A stretch of DNA of 64,000 bases from positions 288,001 to 352,000 of the forward strand of contig CAWFOU010000001.1 of NCBI GenBank assembly GCA_963817525.1, read 5' to 3'. Source of the stretch: an uncultured archaeon. GTDB lineage: Archaea > Thermoproteota > Nitrososphaeria > Nitrososphaerales > Gagatemarchaeaceae. A model generated the notes under the pieces. The model saw only the letters and a list, made by a program, of their open reading frames with translations. It made no database searches and was not told the DNA's origin. The translations under genes were made by a program, and so were the position numbers. Of the stretch, positions 9,483-18,267 are shown in pieces (within the stretch, counting starts at the first letter, position 1; the number at the start of each line of letters is the position of its first letter).

Positions 9483-10547
9483 TTATCTCAAGCCTCTGGC
9501 GACTGCGACCGAGTAAGCCTTCCAGTATCCGTCCTGGCCGGGGACGTGGGGCTCGGGCTCCGAGCCGTCAACGGAGAGCCACAGCCCCGTCCCTTTGCCG
9601 CGCCGGCCGACCCGCCCTATCTCGTAGCTCCCGATCCTTCTCTTCTCGAGCGCGGCTTTGAGCCCGGGGGCGGCCCCGGGCCTGCACGTGATGATCAGGG
9701 TCCCCTCGCTCGTGGACGTCAGCGGGTCGATGCCGAACGCCGCGCACACCACGGCAGCCTCAGTGGGGACGTGGATTGCCTCGCGCTTCGCGACCACCGG
9801 GAGGCCGCACGCGGAAGACAGCTCGAGGAGCCCTCCCAGCACGCCTCCCTCGGTGGCGTCGTGCATCGAGGTCACGCTCTCGTGAATCCCCAGAGACGCG
9901 GCTACCTGTGCGTCCTTCACGGTGGAGCAGTCCCGGAGGCGGGACCTCGCCTTTTTCAAGACCGCGGCGCCCGCCTTGTCGCTTATCGTCTCGGGGAATG
10001 AGTGCGCTAGTACGGCCGTCGCGCCTATCGCGGCGCCCTTCGTGATCACCACTGAGTCCCCCGGCCTGGCCATCGCGGGCGTGACGTATGCCCCCCCGTC
10101 CGCCACGCTGAACATCGTCCCACCTCCGACCACGGTGTATCCCGACCCTGGATACCTCCCTGTATGCCCCCCGGCTATCGCGATCCCGAGCCTCCTGCAC
10201 TCGTCCCCCATCGCCGCGAGGTACTCGCCGACGTCTGGTAGCCCTATCTCTGGCGGGAGGTTGAGGTCGAACATCGCGAACTGGGGGCTGACCCCGCTCG
10301 TAGTCAGGTCGGATGCCAGCAGGTGCACGCTTAGCCACGCGGACTCCTTCATCCCGAGGGATGGGACGACTGAGAGCGGGTCGCTGGTGACCAACAGCAC
10401 ATTCTTCCCTCCCAGCGAGATCACCGCGTTGTCCAGGCCGTGCCCGGGCCCGACCATCAGGGCGGCGCGCTTCGCCCCAAGGTGCGAGAAGACGGCCTTC
10501 TCAAGGAACTCGCGCGGGACTTTCCCCTGCTGGTCGGCTTCCGTCAA
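9483..10547 (-). CDS. AIR synthase-related (PurM/HypE/ThiL superfamily) protein
   Basis: GLDNAVI, SDP, IAGGHTG, SMHDATEGG, SEGTLII. Confidence 0.88.
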   Translation of the reverse strand: MTEADQQGKVPREFLEKAVFSHLGAKRAALMVGPGHGLDNAVISLGGKNVLLVTSDPLSVVPSLGMKESAWLSVHLLASDLTTSGVSPQFAMFDLNLPPEIGLPDVGEYLAAMGDECRRLGIAIAGGHTGRYPGSGYTVVGGGTMFSVADGGAYVTPAMARPGDSVVITKGAAIGATAVLAHSFPETISDKAGAAVLKKARSRLRDCSTVKDAQVAASLGIHESVTSMHDATEGGVLGGLLELSSACGLPVVAKREAIHVPTEAAVVCAAFGIDPLTSTSEGTLIITCRPGAAPGLKAALEKRRIGSYEIGRVGRRGKGTGLWLSVDGSEPEPHVPGQDGYWKAYSVAVARGLR

Positions 10548-11158
10548 TTCCGATAGCCCAGGCGCCTGAACGTCGGGCCTGCCGCCCCGATTATCGCGAA
10601 GGCGACCGGGATGAAAGCGAGGTCGAGGAGGGTCCCAAAGTCGTACGACGCCAGTCCTAGTGCTGCGTAGATGCCCTGCGGGCTGCCGTATTGGAAGAGC
10701 CCGTACGCGTAGAAGATCCAGTCAGAGAAGAAGAACGCCAGGGTCTCGTAGACGGTGGCGGCGACCATCGCCCATGCCAAAGTCTTCCTCCCCCTGGTCG
10801 CGGCCCAGGCGACGATGAGAGCCTCAGGGCCCCTGGCCCACACCATCCCGAACGGGTAGATGGGGGAGCCTCCCCTCGTGGAGATGTTGAAAAGCTCGCC
10901 CACGAAGCCGCCGATCGCGGTAGCCGAGAACGCGTCCCACCTGTCCACAAGCGCGGCGAGCGCCAGGAAGACCGCGGGCGCGAGCGTGATCTCGTAGAGG
11001 GGAGGCGGGAGAGGGACGGCGATTATCGTGCACACCGCGATGACCGAGGAGAAGACCGCGACTAGGGCCAGCCTCATGCTCTTTGTGGGCGCGGTCTTCC
11101 CGCCCGAGGTGTCCTCGTGAAACGCCGACTCTGCGTATGTCCCCAAAGAAGCTACCAA
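10544..11158 (-). CDS. ECF transporter S-component (possible thiamine or precursor uptake); start uncertain
   Basis: ALVAVFSSVIAV first helix, multiple TM segments, next to a ThiN-domain regulator. Confidence 0.7.
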   Translation of the reverse strand: MVASLGTYAESAFHEDTSGGKTAPTKSMRLALVAVFSSVIAVCTIIAVPLPPPLYEITLAPAVFLALAALVDRWDAFSATAIGGFVGELFNISTRGGSPIYPFGMVWARGPEALIVAWAATRGRKTLAWAMVAATVYETLAFFFSDWIFYAYGLFQYGSPQGIYAALGLASYDFGTLLDLAFIPVAFAIIGAAGPTFRRLGYRN

Positions 11159-11209
11159 GCGGGGCCTCCCAAGGGAATCTTATAAACGACCTGATAAATG
11201 ACTTATAGC

Positions 11210-12154
11210 ATGCATCCGCCCTGCGAGATGATGGTCGACTCTTTCCTGCCCTCGATGCGCGCCCTCGTCGCGAGGAGGCTCAAGGAGGACGGCCTCTCCC
11301 AGGGGAAGATCGCGAGCTTGCTGGGGCTGACCCAGGCCTCCGTGAGCACCTACCTCTCCACTCCCGTGGCGAAACAGACGCAGGCCTTGTCGAGCTTCGG
11401 TGTGAGCGCCGAAGAGGCCGAGACCTACGCTGCGCTCCTCGCGGAGGACCTCAAGAGCAACCCCACCTACGCGGTGGCGACCCTCTACTCCATCTGGAGC
11501 CGGCTCATCGGGGGAGGAGACGCGTGCTCCCTTCACAGGAGCGAGTACCCCTCCCTGGCCACCTGTGAGGTCTGCATGAAGGTCTTCGGCCCCGAGAGGG
11601 GGCACGCCGAGGGAGCGGTCGAGCACGTCGAGGGCGCCCTCAGGTCGATCGAGGGGTCGTCGCTCTTCGTGTGGGTGATGCCCGAGGTCTCCGTCAACGT
11701 GGCCTATGCTCCCCAGGGGGCCAAGTCGGCGGAGGACGTCGTCGCGATCCCTGGGAGGATAGTGAGGGTCAGGGGGCAGGCGCGCTCGTTCATGAAGCCA
11801 GAGTACGGCGCGTCGACCCACCTCGCCGCCATCCTTCTCGAGGTCGAGCGCAGGCGACCCTCCCTGCGGGCTGCGATGAACCTCAGGTACGACGAGCGGA
11901 TGTCGAAGGTCCTCGCGAGGCTGCGCGTGAAGCAGCTCACCATCGGACGCGCGTATCCTACGGGCTCCCAGGACAAGGTGCTTGGCGCCCTCAGCTCGAG
12001 GCTCTCTGCGCCGGAGGGGCCTGCCGAGTTCGAGGCCGTGGTGGACCTGGGGGGCGAGGGTGTCGAGCCCAGCCTCTACCTCTTCGCGGAGGACGCCGTC
12101 GATGTCGTGCGCAGGGCGCTCGAGATAGCCAGGGCCTACGCGACTTCAGGCTGA
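11210..12154 (+). CDS. HTH + ThiN (thiamine-phosphate synthase)-like domain regulator, ThiR-like
   Basis: MHPPCE, LSQGKIASLLGLTQASVS HTH, PEVSVNVAYA, IPGRIV, PEYGASTHLA, AAMNLRY, GVEP. Confidence 0.85.
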   Translation: MHPPCEMMVDSFLPSMRALVARRLKEDGLSQGKIASLLGLTQASVSTYLSTPVAKQTQALSSFGVSAEEAETYAALLAEDLKSNPTYAVATLYSIWSRLIGGGDACSLHRSEYPSLATCEVCMKVFGPERGHAEGAVEHVEGALRSIEGSSLFVWVMPEVSVNVAYAPQGAKSAEDVVAIPGRIVRVRGQARSFMKPEYGASTHLAAILLEVERRRPSLRAAMNLRYDERMSKVLARLRVKQLTIGRAYPTGSQDKVLGALSSRLSAPEGPAEFEAVVDLGGEGVEPSLYLFAEDAVDVVRRALEIARAYATSG

Positions 12155-13798
12155 GCGTGCGGCGACCTGCAGCTTCTTCCCCTTGCCTTGGTGCTGGTCT
12201 ATTGCGGCCTTCATGAACGCCAGGAACATGGGCTCTGGGTACTCGGGCCTGCTGCAGTACTCGGGGTGGTACTGCGTCCCCATGTAGAACGGGTGCTCCT
12301 TGAGCTCCAGTATCTCCGCGCGCCTCCCGCCGTCGCTGAACGCCGAGAAGTGCATCCCCGCGTCCTCCAGCCTCTGCATGTAGGACTGGTTGAGCTCGAA
12401 CCTGTGCCTGTGCCTTCCCCTGACGGTCTTGCTCTGGTAGACGTCAAATGCCTTGCTGGGCCTCTCCACCGAGATGTCGTGACCCCCGAGCCTCATCGTC
12501 CCGCCGAGCTTCGCTATCCCCTTCTGCCCAGGGAGGAGGTCGATCACGGGGTCGTGCGTGTCTGGCGCCAGCTCTGTGGAGTTTGCGTCCCTCAGGCCCA
12601 GCACGTTCCTCGCAAACGACACGATGGAGAGCTGGAAGCCGAAGCACAGGCCCAAGAGGGGCTTCATCTCCCTCCTCGCGTAGTCCGCAACCCAGATCTT
12701 CCCCTCAGTCCCCCTCTTCCCGTACCCCTGGGGCAGCACTATCCCGTCGGCGCCGTCCAGGACCGTGCGTGCCTCCTCGGCCTTGCTACCCCCCTCAAGA
12801 TCCTCGGACTCCACCCACTTGATGTCCACTCCGACCCCATTGGCGGCGGCCGCGTGCTTCAGCGCGAGGTTCACGCTCACGTAGCTGTCCATGAGGGTGA
12901 CGTACTTGCCCACCATCGCGACCGTCACAGAGCTCTTCTGGCGGACGAAGTTCGAGGCGACCTCGTTCCAGCCCAGAAGGTCGGTCTTCTTCCCCTTGAT
13001 CTGGAGATGGCCCATCAGGGGCTTCAGCACCCCCTGGCGGTAGAGCATGTCGGGCACCTGGTAGATCGACCCGACGTCCGGGTTAGAAATCACGCTGTTG
13101 ACTGGGACGCTCGTGAAAAGTGCGAGCTTCTCCTTGGCGTCCTCCGGGAGCGGCTTGGTCCCCCTCACGACGATCAGGTCGGGCTGGATGCCTATGCGCC
13201 TCAGCTCCTGGACGCTGTGCTGGGTCGGTTTGGTCTTCATCTCGCCCACCGCTCCCATCTCCGGGGCGAGAGTCACGTGGACGAAGAGGGTGTTCTCCGC
13301 GCCGTCCTCCAGCCGCATCTGGCGGAAGGCCTCGAGGAAGGGGAGGCTCTCGATGTCCCCCACGGTCCCGCCGCACTCGATGACCGCGACGCTCGAGCCG
13401 CTCTTCGCAGTCCGCTCCCTGATGCGCTTCTTGATCTCGTCTGTGACGTGCGGGATGATCTGGACGCACTTGCCGAGGTACTTGCCCTTGCGCTCGTCCT
13501 CGATCACCGCGTTGTAGACCTGCCCTGTGGTGATGTTGTCCTCTTTGCTAAGGTCCTTGTTGAGGAACCTCTCGTAGTTCCCCAGGTCCATGTCGCACTC
13601 TCCGCCGTCGTCCGTGACGAAGACCTCCCCGTGGGCGATGGGGTTCATCGTCCCCGCGTCGAAGTTGATGTATGGGTCGACCTTCATGCAGGTGACGGTG
13701 AGGTGCGAGCGCTGGAGTATCTTGGCCAGGGATGAGGTGGTGATTCCTTTGCCTAGGCCAGACATCACCCCGCCGGTGACAAAAATGTACTTCGGCAC
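12146..13798 (-). CDS. pyrG: CTP synthase
   Basis: KYIFVTGGVMSGLGKG, GGTVGDIES, KTKPTQHSV, GLCFGFQ, QYHPE. Confidence 0.98.
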   Translation of the reverse strand: MPKYIFVTGGVMSGLGKGITTSSLAKILQRSHLTVTCMKVDPYINFDAGTMNPIAHGEVFVTDDGGECDMDLGNYERFLNKDLSKEDNITTGQVYNAVIEDERKGKYLGKCVQIIPHVTDEIKKRIRERTAKSGSSVAVIECGGTVGDIESLPFLEAFRQMRLEDGAENTLFVHVTLAPEMGAVGEMKTKPTQHSVQELRRIGIQPDLIVVRGTKPLPEDAKEKLALFTSVPVNSVISNPDVGSIYQVPDMLYRQGVLKPLMGHLQIKGKKTDLLGWNEVASNFVRQKSSVTVAMVGKYVTLMDSYVSVNLALKHAAAANGVGVDIKWVESEDLEGGSKAEEARTVLDGADGIVLPQGYGKRGTEGKIWVADYARREMKPLLGLCFGFQLSIVSFARNVLGLRDANSTELAPDTHDPVIDLLPGQKGIAKLGGTMRLGGHDISVERPSKAFDVYQSKTVRGRHRHRFELNQSYMQRLEDAGMHFSAFSDGGRRAEILELKEHPFYMGTQYHPEYCSRPEYPEPMFLAFMKAAIDQHQGKGKKLQVAARSA

Positions 13799-13882
13799 AG
13801 GGCAGTTGGGCGCTCGTTCGTAATTAAGTTTTTGCGGCCCGAAATCCCGTTTATTACGACGTCAGGAGGCTCCTGGCTTGAC

Positions 13883-14407
13883 ATGGCCAGTCCGTTGATG
13901 GATATCCACATCGCCGCCGCCGTGACTCTCATCGCTGTGGGAATATTCGTGGCAGAGGAGGTCCTTAGCTTCGTCATCAGGGGCGTGGCAAGGAGGGCCG
14001 GCGCTGCGGCGACGGTGACCCGGGACATAGGGGCCTCCTTGCGGATAATCGCGCTGGCACTGGTGCTATCGGACATACTTAGCTTCTCAGGCCTCTCCTC
14101 CCTCTTCACGGGCCTCACCGTGTCCGCGGTCTTGGCGGTCGCCGTCTCGCTCGCCCTGCAGACGACGCTCTCGAACGTGATCGCGGGGATTCTCCTCCTC
14201 AGCGACGGCGTGGTGCGCCTCCACGACACGATAGAGTACAGCGGGGCCAAGGGGGAGGTTGTGCGCATCGGCCTGAGGAACACGTGGATCAAGACCGCGG
14301 ACGGCTACATCACCGTCATCGGGAACTCGTCCCTTGCGGGCGGGCCTCTCATCAACCACACCGCCACGGAGCGCCTCTCTAGGAAGTACGACCTGGACGC
14401 ACCCTAG
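13883..14407 (+). CDS. Small mechanosensitive channel (MscS family, short)
   Basis: Three TM helices, SLALQTTLSNVIAGI, GEVVRIGLRNTWI. Confidence 0.85.
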   Translation: MASPLMDIHIAAAVTLIAVGIFVAEEVLSFVIRGVARRAGAAATVTRDIGASLRIIALALVLSDILSFSGLSSLFTGLTVSAVLAVAVSLALQTTLSNVIAGILLLSDGVVRLHDTIEYSGAKGEVVRIGLRNTWIKTADGYITVIGNSSLAGGPLINHTATERLSRKYDLDAP

Positions 14408-14414
14408 GATGCCT

Positions 14415-14546
14415 TCACTCGGGCCTGAACTGATGCGTCGCGAGCGCGATATCCGAGATGTCCACGAAGATGCTCGCTACGCTCTCGAGAAGTGCGAGCA
14501 GGTCGACCATTGCGCGGGTTGACGTCCGCTTCATCCCCACCGTCCC
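14415..14546 (-). pseudogene. Diverged duplicate of the 3' end of the phoU-like gene
   Basis: Translates GTVGMKRTSTRAMVDLLALLESVASIFVDISDIALATHQFRPE*, colinear with the PhoU C-terminus GIVGLRGGYSGTTVDLLAHLERIANLLVDVSDLALPTYQFRPE*. Confidence 0.85.
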
Positions 14547-14778
14547 CTCTTCTCGGGCGGAACACCACGCTTCCCGAGGCAGACCTCGCAGGTGACGTGC
14601 GAGCCCCTGGAGATGTTGGTTTACCGCCTCTTGGCCTGGGTGTCGTCCAAAAAGTTACTGCGGCTGTCCTTCAAGTTTCAAAGGCATGATTCCCCTTCCT
14701 TTCCAAATAAAAAGCGTAGGGGTCCCGCCCTAAAAAAGAGGTGGACCCCTCTCGTCACGGGCTCTTTTCTGGACCTGA

Positions 14779-15060
14779 CTACCCCGCTTCAACTACCGGG
14801 ATAGGCTCGTCGAGAGGGATCAGCTGGGCGATCTCATCGTATACGTGCCGAAAGCGCAGGCCCTTCTCCGTCAGTGCGAATATGTGCGTGTCGTCGTTCC
14901 TCGTGATCAGTCCGTTGGCCATGAGGAACTTCAGGTAGTCGTTGATCTGGGCGAATGAGAGGAACGAGCCGTACATCAGCCTCGTCTTGGTCGCATTTCC
15001 CGCCTGCGCGACTTCCAGAATGGTCGCTGCGATTGAGAACCTGCTCCGATACTTCCCCAT
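14779..15060 (-). CDS. Winged-helix transcription regulator (archaeal ArnR1/HTH_45-like)
   Basis: YRSRFSIAATILE..ATKTRLMYGSFLSFAQINDYL..L...LTEKG; start may be further upstream. Confidence 0.85.
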   Translation of the reverse strand: MGKYRSRFSIAATILEVAQAGNATKTRLMYGSFLSFAQINDYLKFLMANGLITRNDDTHIFALTEKGLRFRHVYDEIAQLIPLDEPIPVVEAG

Positions 15061-15208
15061 CTTCTTGGGAGGGGTCCTTCCCAAGTTTGCCCGCACCGTG
15101 CCGTTGCCTTGCTCCGTAGTAGAGTCCTTTAGGATAGCAGTCATCTTCTTAGTCCAGTACATTGCTATGGACCCCATATCAATAGGCTGTGTTCAGTGCA
15201 ATCACCGG

Positions 15209-15311
15209 GGGGGATTCGCCTCATTTGCAGTGAGTTGCAATTTATTTCGAATCCTCAGTGGGGGATTCGAGCCATTTGCAGCGAGTTTGCAATTTATTTC
15301 CAACCCTCGGG
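15209..15311. repeat. Two imperfect ~51-bp tandem repeats, each with a TTGCA-N6/7-TGCAA palindrome
   Basis: gggggattcgcctcatttgcagtgagttgcaatttatttcgaatcctc vs gggggattcgagccatttgcagcgagtttgcaatttatttccaaccctc, between divergent regulators. Confidence 0.85.
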
Positions 15312-15394
15312 GGTCGCTCTACCTCGCGAAAACCCCCGATTGGACCCGTGCGATAGTTAATTAACTAGAACATCGGTACGTAACGAGGCTTCAC

Positions 15395-15994
15395 TTGCCA
15401 AAACACAAGAGCGCGACTGTCTCATTAAGGATAAGCGACCTAGCGCTAAAGGCGCTGCAAGAGGAGTCGAAGAAGATGAACGTTAGCATGAACACCCTCG
15501 CCAACCAGATACTCCTGTCTTTTGCTACCTACGACAGGTACCTTAGCAGGTTCGGGATGGTGAAGGTCGGGGTCCCTACGCTCAGGAGGATAATCGCCGC
15601 CGGCACCGATTCAGAGATAGCGGAGGCCGGCAGGTACGCCGGGATGAGCTTGCCGCCAAGCTTCATCCTTAACATGAGGGGGAAGCTGACTCTCGACAGC
15701 GTCATAGAGTATCTGGAGATAATGGGGAGGTACGCGAACATGTTCGACTACAGCGAGGCATCCCAAGGGGGTCAGACTACCATCACGCTCGTCCACGACT
15801 TTGGGGAGAAAGGGAGCTTATTCTTGGAGAAGTACGTAGAGGGTATGTTCGAACGGCTAGGGGAGAAGATCAAGATACTGCGGTACCCTGACTCTATCAC
15901 GATAGAGGTCACTCAGGCCAGCCGGCTGTTGGACAAGCACCGCCTGGACGCAACGGAAAACATGAAATTCGTTGCACATGAAACGGTCCATTAA
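15395..15994 (+). CDS. Putative ribbon-helix-helix regulator with C-terminal ligand-binding-like domain
   Basis: ATVSLRISDLALKALQEESKKMNVSMNTLANQIL is RHH-like. Confidence 0.7.
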   Translation: MPKHKSATVSLRISDLALKALQEESKKMNVSMNTLANQILLSFATYDRYLSRFGMVKVGVPTLRRIIAAGTDSEIAEAGRYAGMSLPPSFILNMRGKLTLDSVIEYLEIMGRYANMFDYSEASQGGQTTITLVHDFGEKGSLFLEKYVEGMFERLGEKIKILRYPDSITIEVTQASRLLDKHRLDATENMKFVAHETVH

Positions 15995-16020
15995 ATAGGC
16001 ACCGATGGCGCCCCACCGGT

Positions 16021-16239
16021 GTGCTAAGGCCCGACTCGGCCGAGGCCGTTATCACCCTGAAGGGCGAACAAGACGGCGAAAAAGTCCAGCAGCTCCTTAG
16101 GGCATTATCTGCCGTTCCCGGCGTCCTCGAGACCGACTACAACCTTTTGACGAGGAAGGTGATAGTGAAGTACGACCCCAACGTCTTGACGCATCTGCAG
16201 ATCCTCGAGAAGATAGACAGGATTCTTTTAGCAAGCTAG
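16021..16239 (+). CDS. HMA-fold small protein lacking the CxxC motif
   Basis: LSAVPGVLETDYNLLTRKVIVKYDP pattern; no cysteines. Confidence 0.65.
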   Translation: MLRPDSAEAVITLKGEQDGEKVQQLLRALSAVPGVLETDYNLLTRKVIVKYDPNVLTHLQILEKIDRILLAS

Positions 16240-16377
16240 AGTCCGAAACGCGCCGACCGGCGAGTTCATAGCAAGCACCATGTTATTCGTGACGCTTCCG
16301 GTGATTCCTCGGCTCAGAGGGCGATCAGGTTGTGCACGACGGTCCGCCCATGAACAGGACTGCGCGGCCGCGTCCTC

Positions 16378-17376
16378 TCATTCGGGCCTGAACTGATACG
16401 TCGGGAGCGCGAGGTCCGAGACGTCGACCAAGAGGTTGGCAATTCTCTCAAGGTGCGCCAGAAGGTCGACCGTCGTCCCTGAATATCCGCCCCTCAGTCC
16501 CACGATCCCCTTCGAGAGCTCGGCTAGGCGTTGACGCATGGCCTCCACCTCTGTGCTCGTACGTTGGGGTTGAACGCGCCTCCTTCCAAGGAAGGAGGAA
16601 ATCGCGACCTCGCCCATCCTCTCCAGCGTCTCTAGGGACTGGGCGAGCTGGGTCGCCACTCCCTTCCCGAACTCTTCTCCCGAAGCGCGTTTCGAAAAGT
16701 CGGTCACCGCGTCTCCAAGGCTCTCCAGGTAGCTGGCGAGGACCCGATAGTCAAGGCACTCGATCGGCGCGAGCTTGTATCTCTCGGCGACCACGGGGTC
16801 GATGGTCGCGGTCCGAATCGCCCTGACCAAGAGAAAGTAAAGCCTGTCCACTTCGTCGTCCCTTTCTCCAACCTGCCCCAGCAAAGCGCGGTCGCGTCTC
16901 AGCCCCTCCGCCGAGTCCCTCAGCATGCCGCTGATGAGGCTGGACATCCTGCGCACTATCTTCTCAGGGTCCAGGACCGCCGGGTCTAGCAGGAACTGCA
17001 TGGTCATCCGTTTTGCGTCCTCGTCCACTATCTCGAGCCCGACCAGCCTGGAGATTGCTGCCTTGAGCCTCCCGCGGTCTTCCCTCGCAATAATTGACTT
17101 GCCAACTATCCTGATCGTGTTGATTCCCATCAGGTACGCTCCGGTGACGTCATTGGTCACGTAACTCAGACTCTGCCGGGGGTAGTCCAGGGAGACCTCG
17201 CTCTCAACAGGTGGACCTGCTTCATCCGTGATGGGTTTCACGATCAGCCTTCGCTCCGAGATTTCTTCGACTGCCACACTTGAGCCGCGCACCACGCCGT
17301 TATTCTGTGCCCACTTCTTCGGCAGCGAGATAAGGACGGTGCCTTTTCCCATCTCCATCACCTTCCTCGTGTCCAT
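16378..17376 (-). CDS. phoU: AbrB + PhoU domain phosphate uptake regulator
   Basis: RKVMEMGKGTVLISLPKKWA (AbrB), ERDDEVDRLYFLLVR, YLESLGD. Confidence 0.9.
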   Translation of the reverse strand: MDTRKVMEMGKGTVLISLPKKWAQNNGVVRGSSVAVEEISERRLIVKPITDEAGPPVESEVSLDYPRQSLSYVTNDVTGAYLMGINTIRIVGKSIIAREDRGRLKAAISRLVGLEIVDEDAKRMTMQFLLDPAVLDPEKIVRRMSSLISGMLRDSAEGLRRDRALLGQVGERDDEVDRLYFLLVRAIRTATIDPVVAERYKLAPIECLDYRVLASYLESLGDAVTDFSKRASGEEFGKGVATQLAQSLETLERMGEVAISSFLGRRRVQPQRTSTEVEAMRQRLAELSKGIVGLRGGYSGTTVDLLAHLERIANLLVDVSDLALPTYQFRPE

Positions 17377-17379
17377 CGG

Positions 17380-17401
17380 AATCTATAGACTACTCTAGAT
17401 T
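17380..17401. promoter_or_regulatory. Inverted repeat in the divergent phoU/transporter promoter
   Basis: AATCTATAG-acta-CTCTAGATT (one mismatch) adjacent to TTATAAA. Confidence 0.5.
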
Positions 17402-17448
17402 ATAAAGAGTTAATCTTGATAAATTCTGCCGGGACCGGGAGGACAGGA

Positions 17449-18267
17449 ATGTTCGCCGACAGGGTCAGGCAGACGCCCGCGAGCAAGGTCGCGCTCATCG
17501 CCATCACGGCGGCGCTCTATGCGGTGGCGAAGGGCCTCACCGCGTTCATCCCGACCCCCTTCGGGGTGGGGCAGTTCCTGCTGTTCATCTTCGTCCCCGC
17601 CTTCTTCGCGATCACGGGGGACACGCTCTCGGCCGCCACCGGCGCGGCGATCGGCACCTTCCTCGGGGACACCATCTTCCTCACGCCCCTGGGGCAGACG
17701 AACCCCGCGCTCTCGCTCGTCTCGGGCGTACCCGGGAACTTCATCGCCTTCCTGCTCTACGGCTACCTCGTCAAGAAATACCGTTCGTGGCCCGCCTTCA
17801 TCTCGAGCACCGTCCTCTGCCTCACGCTCGGCAACCTCATCGTCTCAGTGCTCGTCGTGGAGTTCGCGGCAAAGGTCTTCCTCCCGGCCTTCGCGAGCAT
17901 AGTCGCGAAGTACGGCGTCGTCAGCCTCATCCTGGGGTACACCCTATTCTGGACGGGCACGATGGTCCCCGCCGTGGTGATCGCGATCCCCCTGCTTCTC
18001 AGGGCGCTCAAGCCGCTCTTCGGGCGCTCAAGCATCCTCAGCTACTACCCAGAGTGGTCAGACTACGAGGTCAGGCGGCTCCTCCCCTTCTCCATCGGGT
18101 ACGCGGTCGCGTTCATCGTCATAGGGGCTGGGTTCTTCGTCCTGCGCTTCAACGTGCTTCAAGGCTGGTCCGTCATCGGGACCTGGATCCTCGTCGCGGG
18201 GGTGGTCCTGGCCATCGTCGGCCCGGTCGTAGGCCTTTTAGCCGGGACCAAGCGACCGGGCACCTAG
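17449..18267 (+). CDS. ECF S-component-like membrane protein, candidate pantoate/pantothenate transporter
   Basis: KVALIAITAALYAV, multi-TM, abuts pantoate kinase. Confidence 0.65.
   Translation: MFADRVRQTPASKVALIAITAALYAVAKGLTAFIPTPFGVGQFLLFIFVPAFFAITGDTLSAATGAAIGTFLGDTIFLTPLGQTNPALSLVSGVPGNFIAFLLYGYLVKKYRSWPAFISSTVLCLTLGNLIVSVLVVEFAAKVFLPAFASIVAKYGVVSLILGYTLFWTGTMVPAVVIAIPLLLRALKPLFGRSSILSYYPEWSDYEVRRLLPFSIGYAVAFIVIGAGFFVLRFNVLQGWSVIGTWILVAGVVLAIVGPVVGLLAGTKRPGT

Noticed and set aside
12188-13735. Long antisense ORFs such as the 515-aa ORF opposite pyrG, and others opposite nop5 and trm1
   Set aside because: Expected shadows of high-GC3 coding strands, with no recognisable motifs.
15209-15311. 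CRISPR array
   Set aside because: Only two adjacent imperfect units, no spacers and no cas genes.
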